A stretch of 64,000 nt of DNA from Basidiobolus meristosporus CBS 931.73 (lineage: Eukaryota; Fungi; Basidiobolomycota): the NCBI GenBank assembly GCA_002104905.1, contig MCFE01000186.1, forward strand, positions 74,147-138,146. The letters are read 5' to 3'. Position numbers and translations under genes: made by a program. Shown here piece by piece: positions 22,827-35,494 of this stretch. Below the pieces are notes generated by a model. It was not told the DNA's origin. It was given only the letters and a program-made list of their open reading frames with translations, and ran no database searches. The first letter of the stretch is position 1. Each line of letters begins with the position of its first letter.

Positions 22827-23783
22827 AGTATTTTCCATAGGGATAGGTTGCAGACTCAAGGGCACTCAGAGAACTCCAAGAGTTCTCATTCTCCAGGCAT
22901 TTTGGTGAAATACTTGGAGTCCAAATATAGAGATTTGACAAGATGTAATACAATTATAACCATTAGTCCAAGTGCCCTAGTTAGCATATTACATAGGTGT
23001 AAATTGATATTGACAACAGCATTCACTTTGTAACTAAATGTGTCATTTATACTTTTAAAGGTTCTGGTAAGACAAGCATGTGGTATGTGTCAAGGAAGCT
23101 GCCAAGAGTACGAGTGTAATGCTTAGAGTCTTGAGACAATTTACAAGTGAATCCGCACAAAGAATATGCGCTGGAAATAGTAATGGTTACATAATAGGAT
23201 CCAAGTAACAAAGCAAATATAATATTTAGATGGGAATATTAAATTGACAACAATCTAGTGTGTATTTGGCACTTGACCATGAACTCAGGTTTACACTGGG
23301 AGAACTTCCTGAGTACGTAAATATCACAAATTGGTATACTGATGAATAGTTAGGTGCTCAACTGGATACTTACACTGAATCCATTCACTCGTTAACAAGT
23401 CTGGATTGATGGCAGTAACTGGCCAACCGCTGGAAATAATATGCTAAATCACTAAATTGGTATGCATTTTCCCTTGGCAAACTAGCCATAGTCAGTCCAT
23501 GCTGAACTGGATAGCAGTACCATCACAGCTATTTGTTCGCCCCGTCTAGCGTAGGATGCATTTGGTGGTAGGAAAGCAAATGAATGCAGGAAACTCGATT
23601 TTGGTAGGTCATCGATGATTTCCCCGGATCAATGATTGGAAAGTTCATCAGGTCGATGTTTTTATGGGACCAATGGAGGGGATTGCGAAAGTCGACACTA
23701 GGATGAATCCAAGAAATTTTGGTTTCACCGAATGCAGAAAATTCCTAGCTACCTAGTGTATCCTGGTAAGTTTCTCGACAATC

Positions 23784-24755
23784 ATGGCCAACAGAGGAGC
23801 AGGTACGTTGCGTTCCTGGTTTAACGCCTTTCGAAACGCCCAGAGGGAAACCCTTCCCACTCAAAAGCCCCTCTCTGCCATAAAGACCCAACCCATCGGC
23901 CCACGAGCAGTTTCCCACCGCCCATTCAACGCCACCGATGCTTCCTTGATTCGACGAGTCGCCAACACACGCTCCGCTAAAGGGCAGCCCATCAGCACTG
24001 CAGAAAATCCCGGTATCCGAATCCAACGTAACATGTATACCGAGAAGGAGGGGATTGAGCTGATTCGCGAATTTCGTGGCCTATTCAAGCGATTTGGCTT
24101 TTCCACCCTGCCTCAAGCAATTCAGAAAGGAACCAAGGTGTTTGTTTTGAACGAGAAGGGCGAGAAGGAGACCTCCCGAGACATTGTTAACTCCTACCGA
24201 GTGACTGGACGCCCGGAACAAGTGGACGGAAAACACATGCCTACTGCACCGTGGGGGTATGGTGATACTTTTGACCAGAATCAGCTCCCCTCCTGGCTAA
24301 AAGCACTTGCGACCGAGAAGATCCCGAACACACCGGGACTTGCTCTGGGTGCGTTGCGCGACATCACTCTGGATTACCGGACCGGAGCATTCTTCCAACT
24401 GGATCCTCAAGTGGATCCCAAAGACGATGGGCCGAACATTGCCATCGTCAACTTTCTCTCCGATTCAGTCGTGACCTTTATTCCGCCCAACAGCACGACC
24501 AAGTGGCGCACAAACCCTCAGGAGATAGTTTCCCGCTCCTGGACGGAGGAGGATTTGGACGTTCTTGTGAGGGTCGGCTCGATGTGTCTCTTCAACGACA
24601 AAGCGCGTTACGAGTGGGCCCATGCAATCCGTACAGGAGTATATCTGCCAAAGCCACACGACATGTTTTGTGATTGGTTCGGCGACGTCAGCTACCTCAA
24701 CAAACGTGGGAACGAGAAATACACCTTGACTCTCGCATACGGCACACCTTCATGA
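23784..24755 (+). CDS. AlkB-like 2OG-Fe(II) dioxygenase-fold protein, 323 aa, intronless, with QxD instead of HxD
   Basis: Motif order DY-x-TG...PQVD...GPNIAIVNFLSDSVVTF...GSMCLFNDKARYEWAHAI...YTLTL parallels the AlkB fold; Arg-rich, acid-poor N-terminus. Confidence 0.75.
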   Translation: MANRGAGTLRSWFNAFRNAQRETLPTQKPLSAIKTQPIGPRAVSHRPFNATDASLIRRVANTRSAKGQPISTAENPGIRIQRNMYTEKEGIELIREFRGLFKRFGFSTLPQAIQKGTKVFVLNEKGEKETSRDIVNSYRVTGRPEQVDGKHMPTAPWGYGDTFDQNQLPSWLKALATEKIPNTPGLALGALRDITLDYRTGAFFQLDPQVDPKDDGPNIAIVNFLSDSVVTFIPPNSTTKWRTNPQEIVSRSWTEEDLDVLVRVGSMCLFNDKARYEWAHAIRTGVYLPKPHDMFCDWFGDVSYLNKRGNEKYTLTLAYGTPS

Positions 24756-25388
24756 GGCCGGCCAGAGTAAATCGACTCTGGTTGCTGTGTGAAGCACCTA
24801 TTTCACCAGACCCACGAAATCAATCCACCCTCTTAGTAACCCATGCATGTATGGAACAGATTAACAGTCCTGGCAGAGGATTTCCTTTGCCAGCAATAAA
24901 CGAACACGATGTTAAACTGCCATCTTCCTCACGTGCTCCTCGAATAGGCTACGGGAATGCTGGGCTGCAGGGTGCTCTTCTTGGTGTGACTGTGATTCTC
25001 AACTTCTGCGGATCCACGGAGAATACAGTAGCGTTACCCTCTGAACTGGCAATCGACCCGTGACTACAAGCGGTCGATCTTGGAGCTTCCATGGCTTCCA
25101 CCCAATCCGCATTGGGGTGGGTTGAATCCGTCCCCTCACCTCCCCCGTAGAATCCGCTCCTAACCAGGATCACTTGGACTGAGCCCCGGATTCACACGTG
25201 ACATCCCTTCCAACCACACCACGAGGTTGAATTCAGGAGAAGCTGATAGCCTGAGCAAAGGTAGGTTATGAACATAGACTGGTCAGTTTGAAACTCGTGT
25301 CTCCAGCTCAAAAACTGACCCGTAGCAAAGGAAAACAAACGACCCACCCACCCACCTCGCCCCCTCCTTCGGACGTTTGTGCTCAGTG

Positions 25389-27775
25389 ATGTCAACCAAT
25401 TCCAGTTTGGGCCTAGATTCCGGAAGCGGTAGCGATTCCGAAACAAGAAAAACCAACCGTCAGCGGAGGAAACTTCCGGGGAACGAGCTGCCGACCATTG
25501 ACCGCTCCAACGATGGAGTGGAGAAAACGGTAGAGGTCGGCCCGAAAGGGCGTTTCACCAAGGTATGGAATGCAGGTGCGTTGGACCTTCCGGTCGTCGC
25601 TGACTCGTCCCTTGCCACCACTTAGCTGAACACGATCCTGGGAAAAGGCGCATACAAGATGGTATACAAGGCTATCGACCGTGAGGAAGGGCTGGAGGTA
25701 GCATGGAACTGTTTTCAGGTATCTGTCTGTCCGCCTCTGCCTCGGTTGAGCATCCCCAGCTAATTTGTGCAGTTGAAGAGCTCCAAGTCCGAACACCTGG
25801 ACCTTTCCCAAGAAATTGAAATCCTGAAAAGCGTAAGGCATCCCAACATCATCGCTTTCCACGACGCCTGGTACAAGAACCCCGAATTCGTGTTTATCAC
25901 TGAATTGATGACCTCTGGAACCCTCAGAGAGTAAGCAATCTCTCCAACCTGCCGTGGGAACGATTTGTAATTTCCGGCTTCGATAGGTACATCCCCAAGC
26001 TTGACCTACCCAACATCAAGGTCGTGAAGCGTTGGTCTCGGCAGATTCTCAAGGGACTGGCGTATCTTCATACGCATGACCCGCCCATCATCCATCGGGA
26101 TATCAAGTGCGATAATATCTTTATCAACGGAGCTCAGGGGGAGGTGAAGATTGGTGACATGGGGACGGCGAAGATGAAGCTGGGGAAAAAATACACCATC
26201 ATCGGTATGTATGATTTACCCCCTTCGGCGAAGCCGTACTTAGGTTTAGGGATTCTAGGGACCCCGGAGTTCATGGCACCGGAGATGTACGAGGAAAAGG
26301 GATACAGCGAGAAAGTGGACATCTATGCTTTTGGGATGTGCCTTTTGGAAATGATCACTGGCGAGTATCCGTACAGCGAATGCAAGAATGCTGCCCAGGT
26401 GTTCAAAAAAGTCTCTCAAGGGATCAAGCCTGCGTGTCTCGCCAAAGTGCAAGACCCAGAAATCCTGGCCCTTATCCAGAACTGTCTGTCTGATGAAAAT
26501 GACAGGTTTGTTCAAAGGCAATACTGCTCGCAATCACCTGTTTGCTAAGCGTGAATGGCACAGATACACGGCGCAAGAAATACTGGATCACCCTTTTTTG
26601 GCCGCGGACCCAGAGGTGGTTATGCTAACGTCTGATGAAACCAAGACCCAACTGATTTTGCAGGTGGTGTTCAAGGGAACTGACACAATATCAGTGAAGT
26701 TTGATTTCAAAGTGGACTCGGATACTGCCGAGGAAGTGGTTAGGGAAATGGTATGTCTGACTACCCTTCTAGCCGATGCAGGCATGCTTACTAACTGCAT
26801 GCTCGCTCGCCAGATAGAGGAAAATGTACTTCCTAAGAGATATCAGCACCTTATCACGTTCGAAATCAATCGCATTCTAAAGGAGCTAAACAAGGCCCTG
26901 CTGAACGAATCAATTAGTCGGGGTCCGAACGACATCGGCGGAAGTGGTGGCGGGGTGCTTTCAGAGCTGGATTATGCTAAGAGAGAGCTAGCAAAAGCTA
27001 ACGAACGCGCGGTAAAAGCCGAGAAAAAGGCAGAACTCTCAGAACAAAGGGCTAAAGCAGCGGAGGAACGAACTATTAGCCTCGCTGGGGTTGATGCGAT
27101 GTATGACGACCCAGAAAACCAGACGCTCGAGACCCAACATTCGAAATCGTTGACGGAGGCCGGAAGAGGTATTCTGGCTAATGCGTTAAAACGGTTCACT
27201 AGGGATGGGAGCCCATCAGATCCAAGTGAGGCACAACCGGTCATCACCCAACCACCGAACCATAGTTCTGTTCCAAGTCTTAGTTTGGTGACGGCTGAAC
27301 TGGAGGGTGTATCCCTGGTAACTGAGGCTCCCTCTGAAAATCTGTCCAGAATCTCCTCGATCCATGAATGGAAAACCGAATATGAAGAAGCACTGCCAGT
27401 TCGAGGTGTAACTATACTTGAGACATGATTTATGTGTGCTCCAAGGCTAATATACACCATATAGAGTACACTGACGATTGCCCTATCGAGGATATTGTCA
27501 AAGATGTTGCAATTGCCACCAATCGTTCAATCGAAAAGGCTCATGATTGGTTAGTCCGATTGCACGATCAGGATATCGTGACTGTTGGTGATTTGCGAGA
27601 ACTCCACGATGAAGATTGGGTTGGTCTTGGGTTAACGGTTTTTGCTAGAAGAGCACTTCGGAATGCCTTATACGGTAGGTTGGGTCGTAGCCCCAAGCCA
27701 CTGGCCAAGCTGAGTGCAAATTCGATACCTACTGGCACCATCCATGGTGATGACGAGCCTAGGTGTAGCGTATAG
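25389..27775 (+). CDS. WNK: WNK-family Ser/Thr kinase, about 659 aa; exons 25389-25562, 25626-25718, 25773-25930, 25987-26204, 26259-26505, 26564-26750, 26814-27405, 27465-27775
   Basis: [11 protein letters not shown] (Lys in the glycine-rich loop), AWNC at the usual subdomain II Lys position, [42 protein letters not shown]. Seven GT-AG introns of 54-63 bp give 1980 nt in frame; the last donor site is least certain. Confidence 0.93.
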
Positions 27776-29623
27776 AGAAGTTCTCCTCACTTTGACTACC
27801 ATTTGCGTCTACCGCTGTAATTAGATTGAAATTTTGTTGAAAGCATTAGCGTTCACAGCTTGCATAATTGTGTAGTATAGCTATATTCACCTGGATAGCC
27901 TCCAACACTTCACCTCCGCCAACATGTAGTCGCTCATCCTGAACGGAAAGCTGTAGACTTCTATAAATGCAACTATTGTACTTTCCGTACATCATTGCTT
28001 GCCAGGGCCCGCTTGATGGACTGTGTTGCTGCAGATGCGTCGACGAGCAATGGATACCGCTGTTCGCGTAGCGGGATCCTCGAGCGACACCTTAATCCTG
28101 TGCATCGTAGAAATGCCACCCAAGTAGGCTCGATTATAGCGTTTAACAGTAAACATGGGTACTCGCCTGTGGCGGGCGGTTCACGTCTGATCAGTGAATT
28201 AAGCTCCATGTAATCTAGATCTAACAACTAGTGCACACTGAAATATGTCATCTAGAGCGGCCCTCGGAATGGTCTGTGCATTGGCGTCAGCCCAATGATT
28301 ATTTGCTTACGTTATCAAGGATTGGTGGCCTTGATCAGGCATGACCGATATCGACAGCCAACCACACCAGGGGCCGCTTTGGCAGAGCACACGAAGTATG
28401 TAAGACCAGCCCTGGCACCATCCGCCTTATCTCGACAAGGTGGAGAGGGAGAGCACCTCATAACAGTCCCCCTAATCGCCACTGTCAGGTGGCTCATTAT
28501 CATCTCGTATTGGAGGATCCTGACGAAAGTTCCTCGCCACCACCTAAGCCTATCAGTCGAACGAATTCCAGTTCGTGTGGTCCTCGTACAGCGATTATGA
28601 TCGTATTGGGCTATGGGTGCCGACTCACATCAATCTCACTCATGTCCTCTAGAGAGTTGGAGTGTACACATTCTCACACAAAAGGGAGACCAATGGCTGG
28701 TGGTGGTCGGAAGCGGTGTTTCACCTTCGAAAACCTTCAATAAAGTGCGATGTCGATCAACCCTGAAGTCTGTTCCAATCACTCCATCCGCTCTGCTGAT
28801 CACTCAGCATGCCAACGGCTGCAACCTGATGCGTTCACCAACTCGGTGTCCGTCAGACCCTTCAAGGGCGTACCTCTTGCACCCAGCATCCGCGCCATCT
28901 CACACATTGCATTATTCCACTTGTGCGTTGCGAGCATTCCTGCAGCTCGCCAATCAGTGGTACCTTAAGTTTAAGTTTGCATTCTGGGGCCACCAACGCC
29001 AACTCATGAGGGTGGGACATACACCAAGTTTCAAAAAAATATATTACTTTGAATAGCGATCGACTCGCACCCACCAGCTGGCCTATTTTTGTCAGTTGAG
29101 CGGACATATGCTTGGTAACGCCCGTATTGCAGTGGGTCTGGGATGCATACACAATCCTTGGATCTGCCGTAGAGCCCAAAGCCATCACTGACGTTTCAGT
29201 CAGGGGGTTGATAAGAATGAATCAGGCCGTGACCAATATAGCTTACGTAATCGGGGATTTGTAATACGAGGTGAACATCCACAATCATGATGTTTGGCAT
29301 TGCAGAGTACTGTCCACGGGCTAAATTGAATAGCCAGGCTATTTCAGCAGGGTTTGATTAGTATAGAGAAGAAAATTCTCAAGCTTCCGCACCATAGTCA
29401 GCTGGCATTTTGGGACACTACGTGAGTTCGACTTGAGACTCAGGGGGGGACATCTGATGAATATCATTGGCACTGTTTTCTGGATCAGGTTGCTGATGGC
29501 CCAACAATCGCCAGCCTAGAGGATCTGAAGTGCATGTACCTCTTTTCCACCCGATCAATGGATTTCTCTGAAAGATAACAACTCCCTCGTGTTCAAGGCC
29601 CGTTTCCAGCCCGGACGATTTCC

Positions 29624-29632
29624 TATAAATAG
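29624..29632 (+). promoter_or_regulatory. TATA box (TATAAATAG)
   Basis: 70 bp upstream of the ATG at 29694; the same 9-mer sits upstream of the paralogue. Confidence 0.6.
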
Positions 29633-29693
29633 ACTCGCCCACCCCCGCTCTGCCAAAAACCCAACATCTGTCCAACGAATTATCCCGCTCACA

Positions 29694-30347
29694 ATGTCCA
29701 GTGCTAAGGCATTCAGTCTTCCATATATACTTCAGACTGAGGGTTCATCGACCACCCCGGGCCACTACCTCTCCAGGCCATACAAATGCTCTGTTTGTGA
29801 CCGAGCATTCAGAAGGAACGAACACCTCGTTCGCCACCTTCGCATTCATACCGGCGAAAAGCCGTATGGTTGTACAGTCTACAATTGCGGCAAGCGCTTC
29901 TCTAGATCCGATGAGCTATCAAGGCATCGGCGACAGCACAAAATCACCGATTCTCATCACATCCCCGAGTATGGATTGCTATCTGCTAACGGCCAGCACA
30001 TCCACCCCCGTCAATTGAACACGAACCACCCCCTCATCTATACCCCAAGCCCTCTCACCAACTCCGTGATGGCATTAGGACACCCCCAGTATCACCCATA
30101 CCACCATAAACAGCACCACCATACCGCAAATACCACCCCTAGAGGCCGGCCAGGGATAGGTGCTCTGAGTCAATACCGGCCAACAAGCCCCACATTCTCT
30201 GCCAGCTCCTTTGTGTCGAGTGCCTCTGACACGGATGAGGAGCGCCAAAAGAGTGACCCCGAGGATGACCATCAAGTCAGGGGATGCCGGCTCCGCGATA
30301 TCCTGAACTTTCCGCGAGACTCCGGGAATGCAAACGAAGGAATGTAG
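29694..30347 (+). CDS. Two-finger C2H2 transcription factor, CreA/Mig1/EGR-like, 217 aa
   Basis: [55 protein letters not shown]; first ATG at 29694. Confidence 0.92.
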   Translation: MSSAKAFSLPYILQTEGSSTTPGHYLSRPYKCSVCDRAFRRNEHLVRHLRIHTGEKPYGCTVYNCGKRFSRSDELSRHRRQHKITDSHHIPEYGLLSANGQHIHPRQLNTNHPLIYTPSPLTNSVMALGHPQYHPYHHKQHHHTANTTPRGRPGIGALSQYRPTSPTFSASSFVSSASDTDEERQKSDPEDDHQVRGCRLRDILNFPRDSGNANEGM

Positions 30348-33300
30348 ATCCATGCAGTCACCCGACACGGTTATATGAACACTTGATGGGAACGGCGACG
30401 ACAGGGATGTTGGTGTACATATACATATACATATATTATTTTTGCTCGCTCTCTTACGAGAAGGAACTCCTGTCTTTTAATGTCTGCTCTTGCTCGGCAC
30501 AAGTCCGACCACTGTTAATACACAAACCTGCTTGCTTTTGTCAACTGATCGAACCCAATAAATCTCACTAGAATACCAACCCCATGCTCCCTCACGCCTG
30601 CACCGGCGCCAGCGAAACGCCCGCCCACCTCCCCCATCTGTCGGCCACATGAGGATTGGGGGATTGCTAAGGCAAGACTGATATTCCGCTCGGAGGATCG
30701 TCATTGTTTCTGATTCTTGAACTGGCTGACCTCAGAACAATTAAACAAGTGTCATCCAGGACAAACCGAGACATCATATCACTGCATTCATAGATCTACA
30801 GTGAGTTCCTAATTGAATCCTGCTCCATCGCGGAAACCATCAACAAATGGCCTAGAGGTATGGTCCAAGGGCTGATTCATTGTTTACTGGCGTCGAGTAC
30901 AGCAATAGGAGGCGGGAGGCCGTTGATTGGCCGAGGGCCAGTGCGAAGCTCTTCAGTGCGAAATGGGGTTCCGATAGGTAAGTCATCCGGTCATGTTTGA
31001 TGGATTGCTTCATCCAACTCACCAGGAAAGTCAGACATCCAATGAGTCATTTTTCGTAGCCGGGCATCGAGATCCCAGCGTCCTTGCTCGAAATCCCCCT
31101 CGAAGTTCTAGAAATCCCTCACGTCAGGATGTGGGCCAAATCCATCCTGCGCCGTACATACGCCAGACATTAGCCAAACGCCAGCCTACGGATTTGGATC
31201 GGGTTGTGACCCAACCTAAGTGCCCTGCTCCCTGTATCTCAGACATGCTACGCCCCTAACCAGAGTCGTGAAGCAGGTTGCTCCCAACCTGGTTGGTAAA
31301 CCGTGTTGGTCGATCCACCACTCGAATGGCCCACAGTGACAAGGGGCACAAACCATTGGATTTCCAGTGTGCATTCAATCAGAAACCTTGGATGTGTATT
31401 GGCGATCGGTGGAAGAGCCCCAGATGGTAATGAGTGAGATGTTGGAATCTCATCAACCCCGGTCGATGGGATTCCCGACACCCTCAGATACGATTCTCCG
31501 GAGAACACCGTTTTGGGGAATGGGGATGGCTGAGGATGGGTGATGGGTGATGGGTCAGGCGAAGGGCGCATCCTTGCCTTTTTAGGCCGGCATTAGAGGG
31601 TGGAGCATCGCCAGTGTAAATGGCTACTTCCCATGGAGACGTCGCTGCTTTGAGCCACCATCGACCCATATCTCACCAATCCTAACGAGTGCTCGTCTCT
31701 GTGAGGAGTATCTTCCCACACACCACCCTGAAATCACTAACAAACTAGTATTAGCACGAATCCAAGGAATTGGGAAAATGGTGGGAAAATCCTCCGAACC
31801 ACCGCCAAGTCACCATGAAACCCAGTCATCCCCCTCTAGCTGACCAACAAACACGGCTTGCCTATTCCCAAGTAATGCCAATAGGGGGTCATTGCCACTG
31901 GACTCGGCCCGCGGCCAGAAGTTGATATGACCGGAGAAGGCACCTCTCTGCGCGGTAAGCCATGGACCTGCAGTTCCAGCATGTCGACGTAATGGTAGGT
32001 AGCTCGACAGGCCTGCCTTCAATCGTCATGATCAGGATCTACGGCGCTACTAAGCAGGTTGAGTAGCTTAAGGGTAACTAAAGTGGGAGGGACACCAATT
32101 TGGATTGATTCCGTACCAAAAATGGACTCGCCCAGATTGCTGATTCCACGATGGCGAGGTTCGTCAGCCAATTCGCACCACCTCGCCCCTGGGTTGGTAT
32201 CTAGATACCGATTCTGGCCAGGTTGCATCGATAACAACCCTTCCCTTATGGTCTGGACTAAGAAGGGTGAATCGCCATTTCTAGCGGGGAGAAATCCTTT
32301 GTATCCCGTTACATTACGCAGTATCATAACTCAGTCACGAGTGTCCAACCTCGGAGGTGGACGACAGTGTTGGGGCAAACATAGCCTTAAAAGACACTGA
32401 TTTCTGGATATGTCGACCTCTTATCTCCGACTTGAGCGTAGTAGGTTGAGCTGATTATTTGGTACATGCATTAGCAATCATCCATCGACCCTTTTAGGGA
32501 TGCTCGAAGGTTATGTGTGCGGTCGACTCAGGGAGCCGGGGACCATGTGTTCAGCAGCCACGTTCAATTGGACAGCTTGGGCTCTGGGAGGCCAATACTG
32601 ATAGTTACCCAGCCTAAATATAGACCCAGGCGAGGCCGCTCCGCTTGGTCTTGGCATTTGTCAACTCTTGTCGATGTGACTCTGGGTGCGCGGGATTGCA
32701 TTCGCAACCGCCAACACCACCCCTCCAGCAGAGGGGCTTTTCGAGCTAGCTAGGACTTCAATAGACGCGGTCCAAGTTGGCAATTATTCGACTGCCAGAT
32801 TCGGAGGTGACACAATCTAGAAATCAAAGAGGCAGCACGCTTCATTGCCAACGTTGATGGCGAGCCCTAATTAAGCATCCTACTCTATCGGAGTTCGTAG
32901 AGAATTGCCAACTTTGGCCCGTAGCGAATGATCTATTTTGTAGGACAAGGTATTGCCGATTCCCTGAGCTCCTCCTCGGTAATGCTGATCACACCGTAGG
33001 CGGACATGTGTGCGATGGGTGATTTTCTTCATCCCCACTTATCTACAACTAATCTGCCACGCTGTGACCGGATTGCTATTTGGAACACTCAACACATGCA
33101 CGCGTTGTTACATAAGAATGGCTCTGTGGAATCTATATTGCTGGATTATGTGTCGGACAGGCAGATGGTAGAGATCTTGTGTGGATACGGTTAAATCACT
33201 ACCAATGATATGTCGGCCAGCCAGAGAATGCTGGCGTGGGCAGTGGCAAGTGGAGAGGCGCTGGTGCTATCAAGTCGTGGACGGGCAGCACTCATGCCTA

Positions 33301-33693
33301 CGAAGCTTCGGCAGGAGGGTTGGCAGCGGTTCCCAGTGCGGTATCTGGAACCATGCCCAGGCCGAGTCAACCTGCAGCACTACTGCAGACATTGCCATGT
33401 ATATCTCGGCTCAAAGCTCTAGGTAAAGCTCGAAAGATGCATCGATAGGGATTCGATATGTCAGCAAAATGGACGGTCGTGGTATTGGACAAGGCATGCC
33501 AAATCGGGGGCGAATTATATTGTTTTGGGCGATAAGGTTCAACACATGCCTAGCAATCCAATGAGCTTGGAATGGCACAATTTCGAGAAATCGAGTACTG
33601 AAGAAATACCAATTCACGGATATGGCACTATGATGCCTATATTTAGACCCCACTCTATCAGGATCATTTCATAGATAAGCGCTTCCCTGGCAA

Positions 33694-33702
33694 TATAAAT
33701 AG
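33694..33702 (+). promoter_or_regulatory. TATA box (TATAAATAG)
   Basis: 60 bp upstream of the ATG at 33754. Confidence 0.6.
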
Positions 33703-33753
33703 CTGGCTTCGCAGCGCGGACAAACTCAGGATTTTCAAACACACTTTAGTAAG

Positions 33754-34413
33754 ATGGCTACACATTCACCTCGTCTCTCTTTCATTCTTCAGTCAGAAGC
33801 TCCCTTTCCCAAGGAAGCGGCCTCTTCTAGGAGTGTTCGCCCTTACAATTGTTCCTTTTGTAGTAAATCATTTCGACGGAACGAGCACCTGGTCCGTCAT
33901 GTTCGCACACACACCGGCGAAAAGCCCTATTCTTGCACCTATTCTGGGTGCGCAAAGCGGTTCTCAAGGTCGGACGAACTAGCCAGACATATCCGCACCC
34001 ATCAAAAGCGCGAGGTCCAGAAATTTAGCCTCGTCTATTCTTACCCATGCATGAGCAACAATGGAAACGTGTGCCTATTTTCCAGCTTCTCTTCCCAAAC
34101 CCTGTGCTCGCAGCAGTCGATTCCCGAGCAGCAAGAGAACCCAACCATAGGATCGCGTACCGACTTCATTGATAGCCTACGCCGGTACGAACCCTATCAT
34201 GTTCTGTCCTCCAAATGGAGACCAATGAGGTCGAACCGTTCCGCCTGGGGCTCCGCCGCGAGTTCACTGCAATCGAGTCCTGTTGTTTCATCAGACTCGG
34301 AGTTCGAGGATGATGTCCATTCAGGCTACAGTTCCCGTGAATGCAGTGCTCAACCAAGGAATGCTGAGCCCGAAAGCAACGCACACAAATTGTCGTTTAT
34401 CCTAAATGACTAA
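33754..34413 (+). CDS. Two-finger C2H2 transcription factor, paralogue of 29694-30347, 219 aa
   Basis: [55 protein letters not shown]. Confidence 0.92.
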   Translation: MATHSPRLSFILQSEAPFPKEAASSRSVRPYNCSFCSKSFRRNEHLVRHVRTHTGEKPYSCTYSGCAKRFSRSDELARHIRTHQKREVQKFSLVYSYPCMSNNGNVCLFSSFSSQTLCSQQSIPEQQENPTIGSRTDFIDSLRRYEPYHVLSSKWRPMRSNRSAWGSAASSLQSSPVVSSDSEFEDDVHSGYSSRECSAQPRNAEPESNAHKLSFILND

Positions 34414-35494
34414 GATTCTCCGACATATATTTATCAATGTATCGCTTTGTAAATATCCTGAATACATGTATTATATAGACATAATAAACCAAAGATTGAA
34501 TTAGAAAACCCCACGCACCGGTGGATGGATATGGAAAGGACTCGATCATGCGGTAAGATCCGTCCAAACGATGCATGGATGTGTTGCGAGCGTAGGCAAT
34601 CGTGTACAGCACCGTGGGGCATGATTGCTCTGTTGACGCATGTCGAGAGGCTACCAGCTCCGAGCTAGTCATCGAAGCGATTCCGTGATCCGGGTCCTCT
34701 CCTGCTATTGAAGGGTGAATACATGCGGTGGGCGATACGACGCTGTTAGCTGAGTTGCCTATCTACAGACAACCACCATCAGCTTGCCAATGGTGCTAGT
34801 TATCGTCATCTATTTACTGGTCTCGAGGCAGTATTTTCACGATGAGACCGCCAAACATTCGTAAAGACGAGACCTCATTGAATTTTCATGCCAATCCGGA
34901 CTGGCTGAGATCTCGGCATAATTGCAGATAGCAGTGATCTACCTGGTATCAATTAGTGGAAGCGCTCGCCGAGCCGGTCTGGATACTCGCCATTCGGGAA
35001 TTGATTGGTAGCTATTTTCCTTCTGGTTGTATACTCGTTCCCTATTGTATTTTGGCAGGGCAGTGGGCAAAGGTTAGTCACGGGTATCTATAATTGGTTC
35101 CCAACAATCAAATCGTTATTGAAACCAGCCGGCTGAAGTGCGTGTACGTAAGCACCACTCTTGACAATATCCCCACTACTCTTGTCGCTCTGCAGCATTG
35201 GTGAAGGTGTAGCATCTTGCCCATGCTATCAACGGATCATGTGAGGCATTTCTAGCCTTATTTGTCTATATGGCTACTGACGTGAAGGTGGTGCTGATTC
35301 TGGCCTTTTGGTTCCGAACGGTTTATTCCGGGATGGGGATTATGGGTCCGGCCGAGATGGGATTTATTAGGGGATATGTAACAATCAGACTATACAAGGA
35401 TAGCTCATGTATATTCTACAGGTGATCGGTCTGTGATCTACATGTTTGGACATGATCAGATATTTGGCTGTTGAGGACAGCTCATGAGTAATAT

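Noticed and set aside
273-23033. Many 60-160 aa ORFs in the track within the repeat block (for example 273-467, 13647-13841, 14379-14870)
   Set aside because: They are antisense or alternate-frame shadows of transposon ORFs, or chance ORFs in decayed repeats.
1-23450. Classical Neurospora-type RIP (CpA->TpA)
   Set aside because: CpA and TpG are abundant and CpG is what is missing; only a few CAA->TAA type stops fit RIP.
31535-31555. (GATGGGT)3 micro-repeat
   Set aside because: Only three units, isolated, and not a telomere repeat.
24674-33653. Short intergenic or antisense ORFs around the WNK and C2H2 genes (for example 28613-29056, 31248-31571, 32059-32400)
   Set aside because: No recognisable motifs or splice support; lengths are compatible with chance at this GC content.
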